From the NCBI GenBank assembly GCA_963844715.1, contig CAWJPJ010000008.1, forward strand, positions 384,001 to 448,000: DNA of 64,000 nt, in the 5' to 3' direction. Both the position numbers and the translations under genes were made by a program. Position 1 is the first letter of the stretch. The number at the start of each line of letters is the position of its first letter. This stretch comes from an uncultured Phycisphaerales bacterium. GTDB taxonomy: Bacteria; Planctomycetota; Phycisphaerae; Tepidisphaerales; Tepidisphaeraceae. This document shows, in pieces, positions 52,664 through 63,406 of the stretch. The notes under the pieces are model-generated. The model searched no databases. It had not been told where the DNA came from and saw nothing but the letters and a program-made list of their open reading frames with translations.

Positions 52664-55349
52664 TTAACGATTCACCGGCGGATCGCACTCTTTGGCCGCC
52701 CCCGATTCCAACCTCCACCTCAGCAGCGGCCGCAGCACCATCACCGCCGCCAGATAAATGCAAATTGTCCCAATTGTCATCACCGCCCCCAGGCTCTTGA
52801 TTCCCTCATGCCGCGCCAGCAGCCAGAAAAATCCGAAGCTGCCGGACGTGATCATCGCGCACAGCAATAGCGCCCGATCGCTCGTGTCCCATCTGCGCCA
52901 GACTCGCCGCGGATATTTGCAAGCCTCGAGATATCGGTGCACCATGAACACGCCATATTCATGCCCCGCCCCGATCAGGATCGGCAGCCCGAAGAAATTG
53001 GCGAAATTCCAGCTCATTCCGCGATATCCCATCACCGCCAATAGCATCGGCAGCCCCAATCCCAGCACGCTGATGGCCGCCAACGTCGGGCCGATGCGCC
53101 GGAAATCCAGCAGAACCAAAAAGAAGATCAGCGCCAGCGCATAAGCCGTCGCATGGAAAAACGCCAGGCGGATCGCCCCGGTCGTGTGATAAACATCCGA
53201 TGCGATTCCGGTCACCGCCGGCGCTCCCGGCACGCCGGCGACCGCCTTTTCCACCTGCGTCACAAATTCATCCAGAAACGCCCGGTACCACAAATCCGCC
53301 TTGGGATAAATGTACAGCGCGTAAGTCCCGTCGCTGCTCACCAGATGGTCGCGCAACTCCGCCGGCACCGCCTGCATGTCCAGCGGCCCGGGATGAAATT
53401 TCTCAACCATGTCCCTCAATTCCCCGACGAACACATCCTGCCATTCAGAAAGCCGCGCCGCCGCGTCCGGCGTGCTCTGAATCAAATCCGCAAACTCCAG
53501 CAGCGGACCCGCCGCATCGTGCTTGGCCGCCGACGACCCGGCCGCAAAATGATCCGCCAAAGTCCGCGCCTTCCGCGCGATGGTCGCCAAATCCGCCGCA
53601 TCAATCTTCTCCGGCGTCACGAAATTCACCGCCGGCAATTCCGACCCGTGCGCCAAAAGCCACTGCCGATTGTCCTCCGCCGTCAGCACGCTCTCCGTCG
53701 AGGCCACCGTATCCAATCCCGTTACCGCGTTCCGCACCTTGCGTAGTTCCGCCGTATCCTTCGACAGCACGACCGCCGACCACGTCTGCAACGTCCGGAT
53801 CAACTCCACCGATTGCAATCCGGGAACCTGCAATTGAATGAGCCCGGGATTGAAATGCGTCAATTTCGCATACGGCGCCACCGCGGCCATGACCAGTAGC
53901 CACGCTCCCGGCAGCAGCAGGCGTCCAATTCCCCCCATCCGCCGCCGAGGCGCAGGATAGCGCTTCTGCGCCTCAAGCGGCCTCAGCTTCGGCGGCCGCA
54001 AAATCAAAATCGCCGGCAGCGCCGTATAACCCGCCAGTAGGCACAAGAGCAATCCCCCTCCGGCGATGACGCCCAGATTCGCCGCTCCCCTAAAATCAGT
54101 CAGCGTCGAAGCCAAAAATGCCCCCGCCGCGCCCAGGCAAGCCGTGTTGATCGGCGCCCCCACATGCTTAAACACGCGCCACCCAGACCGCCTCCGGCCG
54201 GGGGTAGCGCCGCGCCTCCAGCCGATAGCGCGTCAGGATTTGCACCAGATAATCCATTCCAATCCCGATCAGCGCGATCAAAAAAACCAGCGAGAGCAAA
54301 TTGAGCTGTCCCACCGCCACGGTTGCCCAACCGAAGCTCCAGCCGATCCCGATCCCCAGGGCGATCTCCGCCGCGAGCGCCAGCCACAGCGACCGCAGCA
54401 TCAGCGCCATTGCGATGAAGACCGCCACGATCGCGCACGCCTCGGCGTGATGCGAATCGATGTCCGTCGCCCGCATCTCGTCCGCCTCCAGCGCCGGACG
54501 CCCCGTCACGCCGATCTCAAACTCGCTATACGGCGCCGCCGCCGCAATCGCCGCGTCGCGGATCGTGTCCACCTCATGCGTCACGGCCGTCAGCGAATCG
54601 TGCTTTGGCTGGGGGTAAACGCCAGCCAGGATTCGCCACTGAGAATGATCGTTTTGGTTAAACGTGTAGTAGTACCCCATCTGCGAAGGATCGGTGGCGC
54701 TCAGGTTCACCAGATCGACCACTCCGTCCGCGACCCGCAGCGGCCGCGACCGGTCCTTCAGCGCTCCCACCCAGTTCTGCGCCAGCGTCTGCACGAACGC
54801 CGCCGTTTGATCATCCCGGTGCAAATCCGTCGCGGATAAGAATCGCTCCAGCGGCGAATGCCCCATTTGCGAGATCGGAAACCCGGGCTTCTCGCCCCAG
54901 AATTTCGCCAGTGGAATAAGCTGCTGCGCTTGCTTCAAATCCTCCGGCAATTTTGCCGGGTCCTCGAACAAAATTCCCTGCCGGCCCAGCTTGTCCAGCG
55001 GCACCCGGCATTGCGCCAGCCGAACCACGTCCGGCATGTCGTTCAGCTTCCGCGTCACCGCGTCGGCGACGCCCGTCCACCGGGGCAGCGTCGGCCGGCC
55101 AAACTCCGGCCGCGGCTCGATCACAATATAAACCGCCTCGCTCTCCGGGAATTGATGAATGAAATCCAGATAATTGGCGAAGAACCATTCCTTCGGCGAG
55201 AAAAGCTGGTTTTGATCGGTTGAGATTCGCAGGAAACTGACCGCCACCGCCACCGATGCCGCCAGCGTCAGCACCACCGCCACCAGAATCAGTCGCGGAT
55301 GTCTTGCGACGAACAGGACACCCGTGAGCAATCGGCGCTGCAATCCCAT
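52664..55349 (-). CDS. hpnN: MMPL/RND hopanoid transporter (frameshift near 54175)
   Basis: GVTGRPAL, LIGIGMDY, NFANFFGLPILIG; lies in the hopanoid cluster. Confidence 0.8.
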
Positions 55350-55365
55350 GTTTGGAGAACGGACG

Positions 55366-56751
55366 TCAGGCGAGAATGGCTCGCTTCGCCAGCCCGGTTA
55401 CCGTATCCCAGGCCGCCCCGGGAACACGCTGGGTATCCGCCAGTACATCATCAATCCCGCCCAGGAACCAGTCCAGATCGTCCGCGCCGATTATCATCGG
55501 CGGCAGGAACTTGATCACCTCCGTGTGATACCCCGCCACCTGCGTCAAAATCCGATGCTTGCTGAGCAGCGGAATGATGATCATCTGCCCAAACACCCCG
55601 AAGTTCAGCCGGTGCAGCATATCCCACGCCATCTTCAGCTTCAGCGAAGACTCCGGCCGCGCAAAGTCGATCCCAAACATCAGTCCCTTGCCGCGCACGC
55701 CCGACACAAATGGGCACGCGTCGGCGATCGGCCTGAGCCGATCCATGACATAATCCCCCATTGCCGCGGCGTTCTCCACCAGCTTTTCCTCTTCCATAGT
55801 CCGGATCGTCGCCAGCGCCGATGCCATCGCTAAGTCGTTCTGCCCAAAGGTGTTGGAGTGAACCACGCAGCGTTCCATCGAATCGAAAACCGCGTCCATA
55901 ATCCGCGGCCGCGTCACCAGCGCCACCACCGGCGCATATCCCCTGAAAGGCTCTTGGCCACGCAAATCATATCCGGCTCGACCTCCGGCCAATGCTGATA
56001 GGCGAACCATTTCCCCGTCCGTCCCATCCCCGATTGCACCTCATCGACGATCAGCAAACTCCCGAATTGCCGGCATAGCCGTTGCGCCTCGGCCAGATAT
56101 CCCTCCGCCGCGACTTCGCAGCTTTTCCCCTGCACCGGCTCGACGATAAACGCCGCCGCCTGTTTCTGGGATAGCTCTCTTTCCAGCGCCTCCAGATCGT
56201 TGAACGGAATCTTTCTTCCCCCCGGCGCCAATTCCCCGAACCGCTCCCGGAAAAACTCCGCCCCGTTCACGGAAAGCGATCCCAAAGTCAGCCCATGAAA
56301 CGCGTGATCGCAGAAAACGATATCCTGCCGCCCGGTAAAACACCTGGCGAATTTAATTGCCGCCTCGACCGCCTCGGTTCCGCTATTGGTGAAGAAGACG
56401 CGCGAGAGGTCGTCCGACGTATGTCGAACCAGCGCCTCCGCCGCCAGGCCGCTCAGCAGCGAGCAATCCATGCGCCACCAGATTCGGCCGATCCATCTCC
56501 AGCAGTTCCTTGATGACCGCCTTGATCTTGGGATGATTTCTCCCCAGCGCAAAGACGCCCCAGCCGGTGAGCAGATCGAGATACTTGTTCCCCTCTTCGT
56601 CCCACAAATAGCACCCCTGCCCGCGCACGTAGTTCCGCTCGAAGTCGATGGCCCGCAGCATCCGCACAAACGCCGGATTGAGATGCTTTTCATGCAACTC
56701 ATACCCGCGTCCGCGGTTTTGCTCCAGCCAATCGTGTAAAGGGTGATCCAT
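55366..56751 (-). CDS. hpnO: class III aminotransferase, aminobacteriohopanetriol synthase-like (frameshifts near 56475 and 55950)
   Basis: FTNSGTEAVE, FHGLTLG, DEVQSGMGRTG, AKSL, HSNTF. Confidence 0.8.
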
Positions 56752-56908
56752 AGGATACGACCAAGCGGCAATTGCGAGGGACGTGCCGCCCGCTCGGAAG
56801 CGATTCTATGGAAGCATAAGCACGAATCAACGTCAGAAATGATGACCAGGGCCGCTCACCCGGGGCCGGCCTTGCCCCCAAACTGCCCGCCGAGTACGTT
56901 TCCCGCCC

Positions 56909-58842
56909 GTGAACGTATCTGCCGCTATTTCTTCGCTTAACACTCCCGGGGCCGCGGACCTCCTACCTCGCGCCAACGTCGCCCTGCACAAGGCCCAAAA
57001 GGCCCTTCTCGATAAACAGGACGCCGACGGCTTCTGGGTCGGCGAACTTCAGGGCGACAGCATCCTCGAATCCGAATACATCCTTCTCAAATTCATCCTC
57101 GGCCAGGAATCCGATCCCCGCCTCGAAAAAATCGGCAAATACCTACATTCCCTCCAAACCCCCGAAGGTGGCTGGTCCCTCTTCCCCGGCGGACCCCCCG
57201 ATCTCTCCGGAACCGTCAAAGCCTATTTCGCCCTAAAACTCCTCGGCCACGATGCCAATTCGCCTTACATGCGCGCCGCCCGCCAAATCGTCCTCAAATC
57301 CGGCGGCGCGGAAAATGCAACAGCTTCACAAAATTCTACTTCGCCGCCCTGGGCCAGATCAGTTACGACTCCTGCCCGACCATCCCACCCGAAATCGTCT
57401 TCTTCCCCAAGTGGTTTTATTTCAATCTCTATCACGTCTCCGCCTGGACCCGCACGATGATCTTGCCGCTCGGACTGGTGACCACGCTCCGCTACACGCG
57501 CCAGGTTCGCACTGAACTCGGAATCCCCGAACTCTATCTCGATCGCGAAGCCGCCAATCGCCTCGGTCCCAAACCGCACGGCTTCCCCCGCAACTGGAAT
57601 GAAATCTTCCTCCGCGTCGATCAGCTTCTCAAAGTCTACGAGGGAGCTCCCCTCCAGGCGCTGCGCGAAAAAGCCATTGAGCGCGCCATGAAATGGATTA
57701 TCGAGCACCTTCAGGACTCCGAAGGCCTCGGCGCGATCTTCCCCCCGATGGTCTACGTCCTGATCGTCTTCCGCGCCATGGGCTACCCCGACGATCACCC
57801 CCTCGTCCGCGACGCCCACAAACACCTCGAGGATTTCTTCATTGAAGAAGGCGATACCATTCGCATCCAGCCCTGCTTTTCGCCGGTCTGGGACACCGGC
57901 CTGGCCCTGCACGCCCTGGCCGAGGCCGGCATCTCCGCCGATTCCGAACCCGCCCAGCGCGCCACCCGCTGGCTCCTCGATATAGAATGCCGTCTTCCCG
58001 CCGACTGGGTCCGCAATTGCCCCGGCGTCGAGCCCTCCGGCTGGTATTTCGAATTCAAAAATCCCCACTACCCCGACGTCGACGACACTGCCGCCGTCAC
58101 CATGGCCCTGCGCCGCGCCGGCGGAAAAGCCTCCGAGCCCGCCATCCGCCGCGGCGTCGATTGGCTCCTGGCCATGCAAAATTCCGACGGCGGTTGGGCC
58201 GCCTTCGACCGCACTGTCTCCCGGCCCATCCTCGAAAAAATTCCCTTCGCCGATCACAACGCCATGCAGGACCCAAGCTGCCCCGACATCGCCGGCCGAG
58301 TCCTGGAAAGCCTCGGCCATCACGGCTATCGCACCGATCATCCCCTGATTCGCCGCGCCGTCGATTTCATCCGCCAAGGGCAAGACCCGCGCGGAAGCTG
58401 GTGGGGCCGCTGGGGAGTCAATCACATCTACGGCACCTGGCAAATCCTGACGGGTTTAAAAAATGTCGGCGAAGACATGTCCGCCCCCTACATCCAAAAA
58501 TCCGCCGCCTGGCTCCGCTCCGTCCAAAAACCCGACGGCTCCTTCGGCGAAACCGCACAAAGCTACGAGGACGCATCGCTCATCGGCCAAGGCCCCAGCA
58601 CAGCCAGCCAAACCGCCTGGGGCGCTATGGCCCTATTGGCCGCCGCCGGCCCTCACGATCCTGACGTCCACCGCGCCCTCGAATGGCTCATCGCCCACCA
58701 GGGAAGCGACGGCAACTGGGAAGAAAACTGGTACACAGGCACGGGTTTCCCGAAAGTCTTCTACCTTAAATACCACCTCTACAGGCTGTATTTCCCCCTG
58801 ACCGCGTTGGCAAGATTTAGACGAATGCTGAACGCGGTCTGA
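56909..58842 (+). CDS. shc: squalene-hopene cyclase (frameshift near 57310)
   Basis: SPVWDT, YPDVDDTA, QW repeats (QNSDGGW), TGTGFP. Confidence 0.95.
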
Positions 58843-58854
58843 TACAATCATCGC

Positions 58855-59073
58855 GTGCCCCGCAGAAATTCCAAAAAGCTCGTACCGGCCTCGCGGCTCG
58901 GCAAGAAGCTCAGCAGTGGTAAGGGTTCCGCCGTTGAGATTTATACCGATGAGCGCGTCGCCGAATTTTTATTGAACAACTCGGTAAATAAAAAGGATTA
59001 CGCGCTGGCAACGAAGCTCGTCGAGAAGATGGGGCTGGACCCGCGCAAAATCGATCACGACCCTCAGGGATAA
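58855..59073 (+). CDS. small hypothetical protein resembling the C-terminal part of AbrB-family antitoxins
   Basis: VEIYTDERVAEFLLNN..MGLDP..I.H; no recognisable AbrB DNA-binding N-terminus. Confidence 0.5.
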   Translation: MPRRNSKKLVPASRLGKKLSSGKGSAVEIYTDERVAEFLLNNSVNKKDYALATKLVEKMGLDPRKIDHDPQG

Positions 59074-59076
59074 TCC

Positions 59077-59502
59077 TCAATCCAGCTTCTCCGGCTCCAG
59101 CCGGATATTCTTTTCCCCCGCCGCCTTCTTCTCCTGATATTTCTTCACCCAGGTCTCAAAGCTCTTCCCCGCCGCGGTGTCCTTCCCCGTGAAAGCCAGT
59201 CGCGCGATGTCCGAATAGTTCACGGCCACCTTCTCATCCCGATCCTTGGGAAACAATCGCACCGACGACTCGGCCAATGTTTTCCCCGTCCGGCGATCGA
59301 AGATGTACCCCTCGATCGTCGTCCCATCTTTCAAAGTGATCGTCACATCCCCGCGATAGTCGAACGCCTTCTCCAGCGCCAGCCGAATCTCCTCATCCGT
59401 CGCGACGGATGGGATCCACCCCTCGAGATTTTCGTGCACGAACCCCGGCGCAACTTCAATCTCATCAGCGTTAAACGGACGTGCTTTGGTTTCCTGTGGC
59501 AT
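59077..59502 (-). CDS. conserved hypothetical protein downstream of hpnH
   Basis: Clean 141-aa ORF with host codon usage: ALEKAFDYRGDVT..EGYIFDR..GKSFETWV. Confidence 0.7.
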   Translation of the reverse strand: MPQETKARPFNADEIEVAPGFVHENLEGWIPSVATDEEIRLALEKAFDYRGDVTITLKDGTTIEGYIFDRRTGKTLAESSVRLFPKDRDEKVAVNYSDIARLAFTGKDTAAGKSFETWVKKYQEKKAAGEKNIRLEPEKLD

Positions 59503-59550
59503 ACGGCAGTTTCAGTTGCTTAGTATCGCTAAAAGGCAGATCAAGCCGCT

Positions 59551-60686
59551 CTACCGGCTCGACACTTCCACTTCCCTCTTCGCGGCCGTCCCCCCGATCG
59601 TGATCGGCACCAGCTCCTCATGCGGCCCCGAGATCGGCTGATCCAGCAGCTTCATCGCCCCCTCATCCGCATACGTCCCGCCGAACAGCGTCGCCTTGGC
59701 CGCGCGAACCAATCCGAAGAACGACCCAAACGTGTCATCCACCGCGCTCGCCTCATACCCGCTATGCACCATGCAATTCGCACAGCGCGGATTCCCGCTC
59801 TCCGTCCCGTAATTTTCCCACTGTGTCGATTCGAGCAATTCCTGGAACGTCTCGGCATACCCGTCCTGCAACAAATAGCACGGCTTCTGCCATCCAAAAA
59901 TGTTATACGTCGGCATCCCCCAAGGCGTGCACGCATACGTCCGCTTCCCCATCAGGAATTCCAGGAACAGCGGGCTCTGATTGAATTTCCATTTTTTCGA
60001 CCGGTTGCTCAAAATCGACCGGAACAGTTTCCGCGTCCGCGCCCGGCCAAGAAAGTGCTTCTGATCCGGAGCCTTGTCGTAGCTATACCCCGGCGAAAGC
60101 ATCATCCCCTCGACCCCCAGTTCCATCATTTCGTCGAAAAACGCCCGCACGCTCTTCGGATCGGTCCCGTCGAACAGCGTCGTATTTGTCGTCACGCGGA
60201 ACCCGCGCTCCACCGCCTGCTTGATCGCCACCAGCGCGATGTCGAACCCGCCTTCCCGGCAAACTGAAAAATCGTGGTGCTCTTTCTGCCCGTCCATGTG
60301 CACGCTGAATGTCAGATATTTGCTCGGCGTGAACAAATCCATCTTCTCTTTTAAGAGCAAAGCATTCGTGCACAGATAGATATATTTCTTCCGATCCACC
60401 AAACCCTTCACGATCTGGTCGATCTGCGGATGCAAAAGCGGCTCCCCGCCCGGAATGCTCACCATCGGCGCCCCGCACTCCTCAACGGCCTTAAAGCACT
60501 GCTCCGGCGTCAGATTTTTCTTCAGAATATGAGCCGGATACTGAATCTTCCCGCACCCGCGCAAGCCAGATTGCACCGGAAAAGCGGCTCAAGCATCAAA
60601 ACCAGAGGATATCGTTTTCGCCCGGAGAGCTTTTGCTTCAAAACGTACGAAGCAACCGTCCACATTTGCGAAGCTGGTACAGCCAT
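59551..60686 (-). CDS. hpnH: adenosyl-hopene transferase, radical SAM (frameshift near 60560)
   Basis: [44 protein letters not shown]. Confidence 0.95.
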
Positions 60687-60751
60687 AACGGGCACGGAGC
60701 ATACCGCAGGGTGCCCGAAAGATACAATACCGCTAATTTCCCCCCCTCTTA

Positions 60752-60791
60752 TCCCCTCCCTCAGTACTCTGGGGGAGGGCAAGGGAGGGGG
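60752..60791 (+). repeat. BoxC/REP-like GTACT hairpin repeat
   Basis: TCCCCTCCCTCAGTACTCTGGGGGAGGGCAAGGGAGGGGG. Confidence 0.7.
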
Positions 60792-60822
60792 TTTTCATCG
60801 ACAGCGGAAACCGCGTGCCCAC

Positions 60823-61446
60823 ATGGCCGAGCGTAAATGGCTAATTTTGACCGCCCTGGCCATGGAAGCCAAAGCCGTCGCCAGGGTCCTCCATCGAATT
60901 GATGGCGCCGATCTCCAGATCGTCGGCCCCAAAGGCCGCGGACTGCGCAGCCAAATGCTAATCGGAACCCGAGGCGTCATCCTCGCCGGCTTGGGCGGCG
61001 GACTCGACCCCTCCCTAAAAATCGGCGATATCGTCTGCGACTCCCCCGACCCCTCCGCCTGGCCAAAGCTTCCCTACCGCTGGGGCAAAATCCACTGCGC
61101 CGCCGACGTCATCGAAACCCCCGCGAAAAAAAAAGAGCTGTTCGAGACGACGGGTTCGCTGGCTGTCGATATGGAGAGCGAAATCGTCCTGCAAAAAACC
61201 CAGAACGCGAATGTCCCCATCCTGATCATCCGCGCCATCAGCGACGTAGCCGATGAGGAATTCTCCCCCGAAGTTTTCGAATGGGTCGATGAAGACGGCC
61301 GCGCCAGCCCGGCCCGCGCCGCAAAAAGCATCGCCCGTCACCCGGCGCTCCTCACCCAGGCCATCCGCCTGGCCCGGCAATCCAATCAAGCCGCCAAGGC
61401 CATGGCGGAAGCGGTGCGAGTGACGCTCGACAAATTAAATTCCTGA
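60823..61446 (+). CDS. hpnG: nucleoside phosphorylase-like HpnG
   Basis: AGLGGGLDP..GD, AVDMES, IRAISD; divergent from hpnH. Confidence 0.75.
   Translation: MAERKWLILTALAMEAKAVARVLHRIDGADLQIVGPKGRGLRSQMLIGTRGVILAGLGGGLDPSLKIGDIVCDSPDPSAWPKLPYRWGKIHCAADVIETPAKKKELFETTGSLAVDMESEIVLQKTQNANVPILIIRAISDVADEEFSPEVFEWVDEDGRASPARAAKSIARHPALLTQAIRLARQSNQAAKAMAEAVRVTLDKLNS
61328..61446 (+). repeat. 119-bp direct repeat, copy 1 (hpnG 3' end)
   Basis: Near-identical to 62316-62434. Confidence 0.92.
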
Positions 61447-61463
61447 TGGGCGCTCGCGGCGAT

Positions 61464-62192
61464 TTACATCACCGTTCGCCGTCGCCGCGCCAGCAGAGCC
61501 AGTGAACTGATTCCAAGCAGCCCAACCGTTCCCGGCTCGGGCACCAAAATAATTGTTTCAGGATTCGCAATCGCGCCCGTGTAGGCGTAGGTGCCACTAT
61601 TGTTTGGGTCCAGGTCGAATCCGCCGATGGAGGCGCCCGGTCCGTTCCCAAACGTCCCGGTGAGGTCGTCGCTCTTGGTACTGGGGTAGTTGTAATTCGC
61701 CAGTACGTAGGTGTTGGGCGTGTTTGTAGTGATTGTGATGGAACCAATCTCGATGTCCCCATTCGCGTCGGGGACCGGCCCACTCGCGGCGAATACCGAC
61801 ACGACTTCCGCCAGGCCTTGGAACGTCGAACTGTCTTTGCCGGACATGTTGCTGAATCCGCCTGCGAAGTTCGAGCCATTGCCGGTCACGCTCGCAGCGA
61901 CGGACGTGAGCGTTCCGCTTCCCGTGTTACTCGTTTGCGTGACTGAGAACGCGGCCCCGACTAATCCGCCGTCGGCCGTGATCAGCGAAGTGCTGCCGCC
62001 AGTGAGTTGCTCATGCAGATAAATCGGGATGGTGAGCGGCATTCCGGGCGTAAAAGAGTACTCCGTCACCGGAGAGTTTCCGGCATAGGTCGTGTACTCG
62101 TATGTAATTGCCGCCTTGGCACTAGCGGCGACTACCAATGCCACAGCCGCCGCCGCGGCGCGTAAAAAAAAGCTTAAGCTCAACTTGTGCAT
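61464..62192 (-). CDS. PEP-CTERM sorting-domain exoprotein
   Basis: Signal peptide ending ASAKA; C-terminal VPEPGTVGLLGISSLALLARRRR. Confidence 0.92.
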   Translation of the reverse strand: MHKLSLSFFLRAAAAAVALVVAASAKAAITYEYTTYAGNSPVTEYSFTPGMPLTIPIYLHEQLTGGSTSLITADGGLVGAAFSVTQTSNTGSGTLTSVAASVTGNGSNFAGGFSNMSGKDSSTFQGLAEVVSVFAASGPVPDANGDIEIGSITITTNTPNTYVLANYNYPSTKSDDLTGTFGNGPGASIGGFDLDPNNSGTYAYTGAIANPETIILVPEPGTVGLLGISSLALLARRRRTVM

Positions 62193-62315
62193 TTTCCCTC
62201 CGCAAATTTTAGGTGAAAGGAAGGCCCGTCCGCTGCTACACGGGTAGACCAAGGGGTAAATTATCATATGAGCCCTCAACAATTATTAAGTTTGCGTTTT
62301 TTCCCGCTGTAAGTC

Positions 62316-62434
62316 GCATCGCCCGCCACCCGGCGCTTCTCACCCAGGCCATCCGCCTGGCCAGACAACCCAACCAAGCCGCCAAAGCCATGGCGGAAGC
62401 GGTGCGAGTGACCCTCGACAAATTAAATCCCTGA
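62316..62434 (+). repeat. 119-bp direct repeat, copy 2 (orphan hpnG 3' end)
   Basis: Encodes IARHPALLTQAIRLARQPNQAAKAMAEAVRVTLDKLNP*. Confidence 0.92.
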
Positions 62435-62693
62435 ACCGCCTCTTTCCCCCCCCTCCACCTGTACTCAGGGGGAACACTCCCTGTCCCCTCCGCCAGTTTC
62501 GGCACGATGGGAAGGGGTTCATCAGGTGCCCCATCCGCAAACGGCTCATCCCCACCCAAAACCGGCCGGCCAACCGCCCCCGAATCGGACGGGGTTCTTC
62601 ACATACGAGCCGGCCCGTCCCGCTCGGCAAGGAAATTATTCCCGAAAAAATTCTTCATCCCGCTCTTTCCCGCGCTCAAAGCTTTTTTCAAAC

Positions 62694-62722
62694 TTGCCGG
62701 CAATGTAGCCATAAGCTACAAT
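62694..62722 (+). promoter_or_regulatory. sigma70 promoter with operator palindrome for the TA operon
   Basis: TTGCCG-N17-TACAAT, overlapped by the inverted repeat TGTAGC-CATAA-GCTACA (62704-62720). Confidence 0.65.
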
Positions 62723-62731
62723 GAGAATCGG

Positions 62732-62983
62732 GTGTGGAAGATCGAATATAGCCGATCGTCGCTGCGGGCCTTGCGAAAGATTCCGCGAAATGCGGCGGAG
62801 ACGATCCAGAAAAAGATTGTTGCCCTGGCTGCCGACCCGTATGCGCCCAACAATAATGCCGCGCAACTACAGGGAAGATCCGGATTCCGGCTGCGGGTCG
62901 GCGACTGGCGTGTGTTATACGAACTGACAGAGAAGCAATTGCTCGTATTGGATATCAAGCCGAGAGGAGGCGCCTATCAATGA
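62732..62983 (+). CDS. RelE/ParE family toxin
   Basis: WKIEYS..ALRKI, LAADP, FRLRVGDWRVLY, PRGGAY. Confidence 0.9.
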   Translation: MWKIEYSRSSLRALRKIPRNAAETIQKKIVALAADPYAPNNNAAQLQGRSGFRLRVGDWRVLYELTEKQLLVLDIKPRGGAYQ

Positions 62984-63339
62984 AGCCGCAAATCATAGAG
63001 CGCAAAGGCCGTCAATTCGCCGTTGTGCCGCTAAGGGATTTTGAGCAACTCAAACACGATGCCCGCATGCTCGACGATATCCGGGCTTACGACGCGGCCA
63101 AAAGCCGCAACGAGGAGGCGTTTCCATCCGAAGTGGCGAACAGGCTGGTGGCCGGCGAGAATCCGATTCGAGTCTTCCGTGATTATCGCGGTCTCACGCA
63201 GCAGCAGCTTGCCAAGTTGGCGAAGATCGCTCGGGCATATCTCGCCCAGATCGAAGCGGGTCGCAAACAGGGCTCCGTATCGGTGCTTCGAGCGATCGCC
63301 AAGGCTTTGAAGTTGGATTTAGATGACATCGTGGACTGA
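62980..63339 (+). CDS. XRE-HTH antitoxin (HigA-like)
   Basis: NPIRVFRDYRGLTQQQLA..YLAQIEAG; ATGA overlap with the toxin. Confidence 0.9.
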   Translation: MKPQIIERKGRQFAVVPLRDFEQLKHDARMLDDIRAYDAAKSRNEEAFPSEVANRLVAGENPIRVFRDYRGLTQQQLAKLAKIARAYLAQIEAGRKQGSVSVLRAIAKALKLDLDDIVD

Positions 63340-63406
63340 AATGAGTCGCCGGATTTGGGTGGGAGTCGTGAAGTCGGTGGGGTTGGATCGCACGGTTGAG
63401 ACCGCA

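Noticed and set aside
62213..62434. 73-aa ORF as an independent gene
   Set aside because: Its 3' half is just the duplicated hpnG tail, and the 5' half overlaps the PEP-CTERM upstream region.
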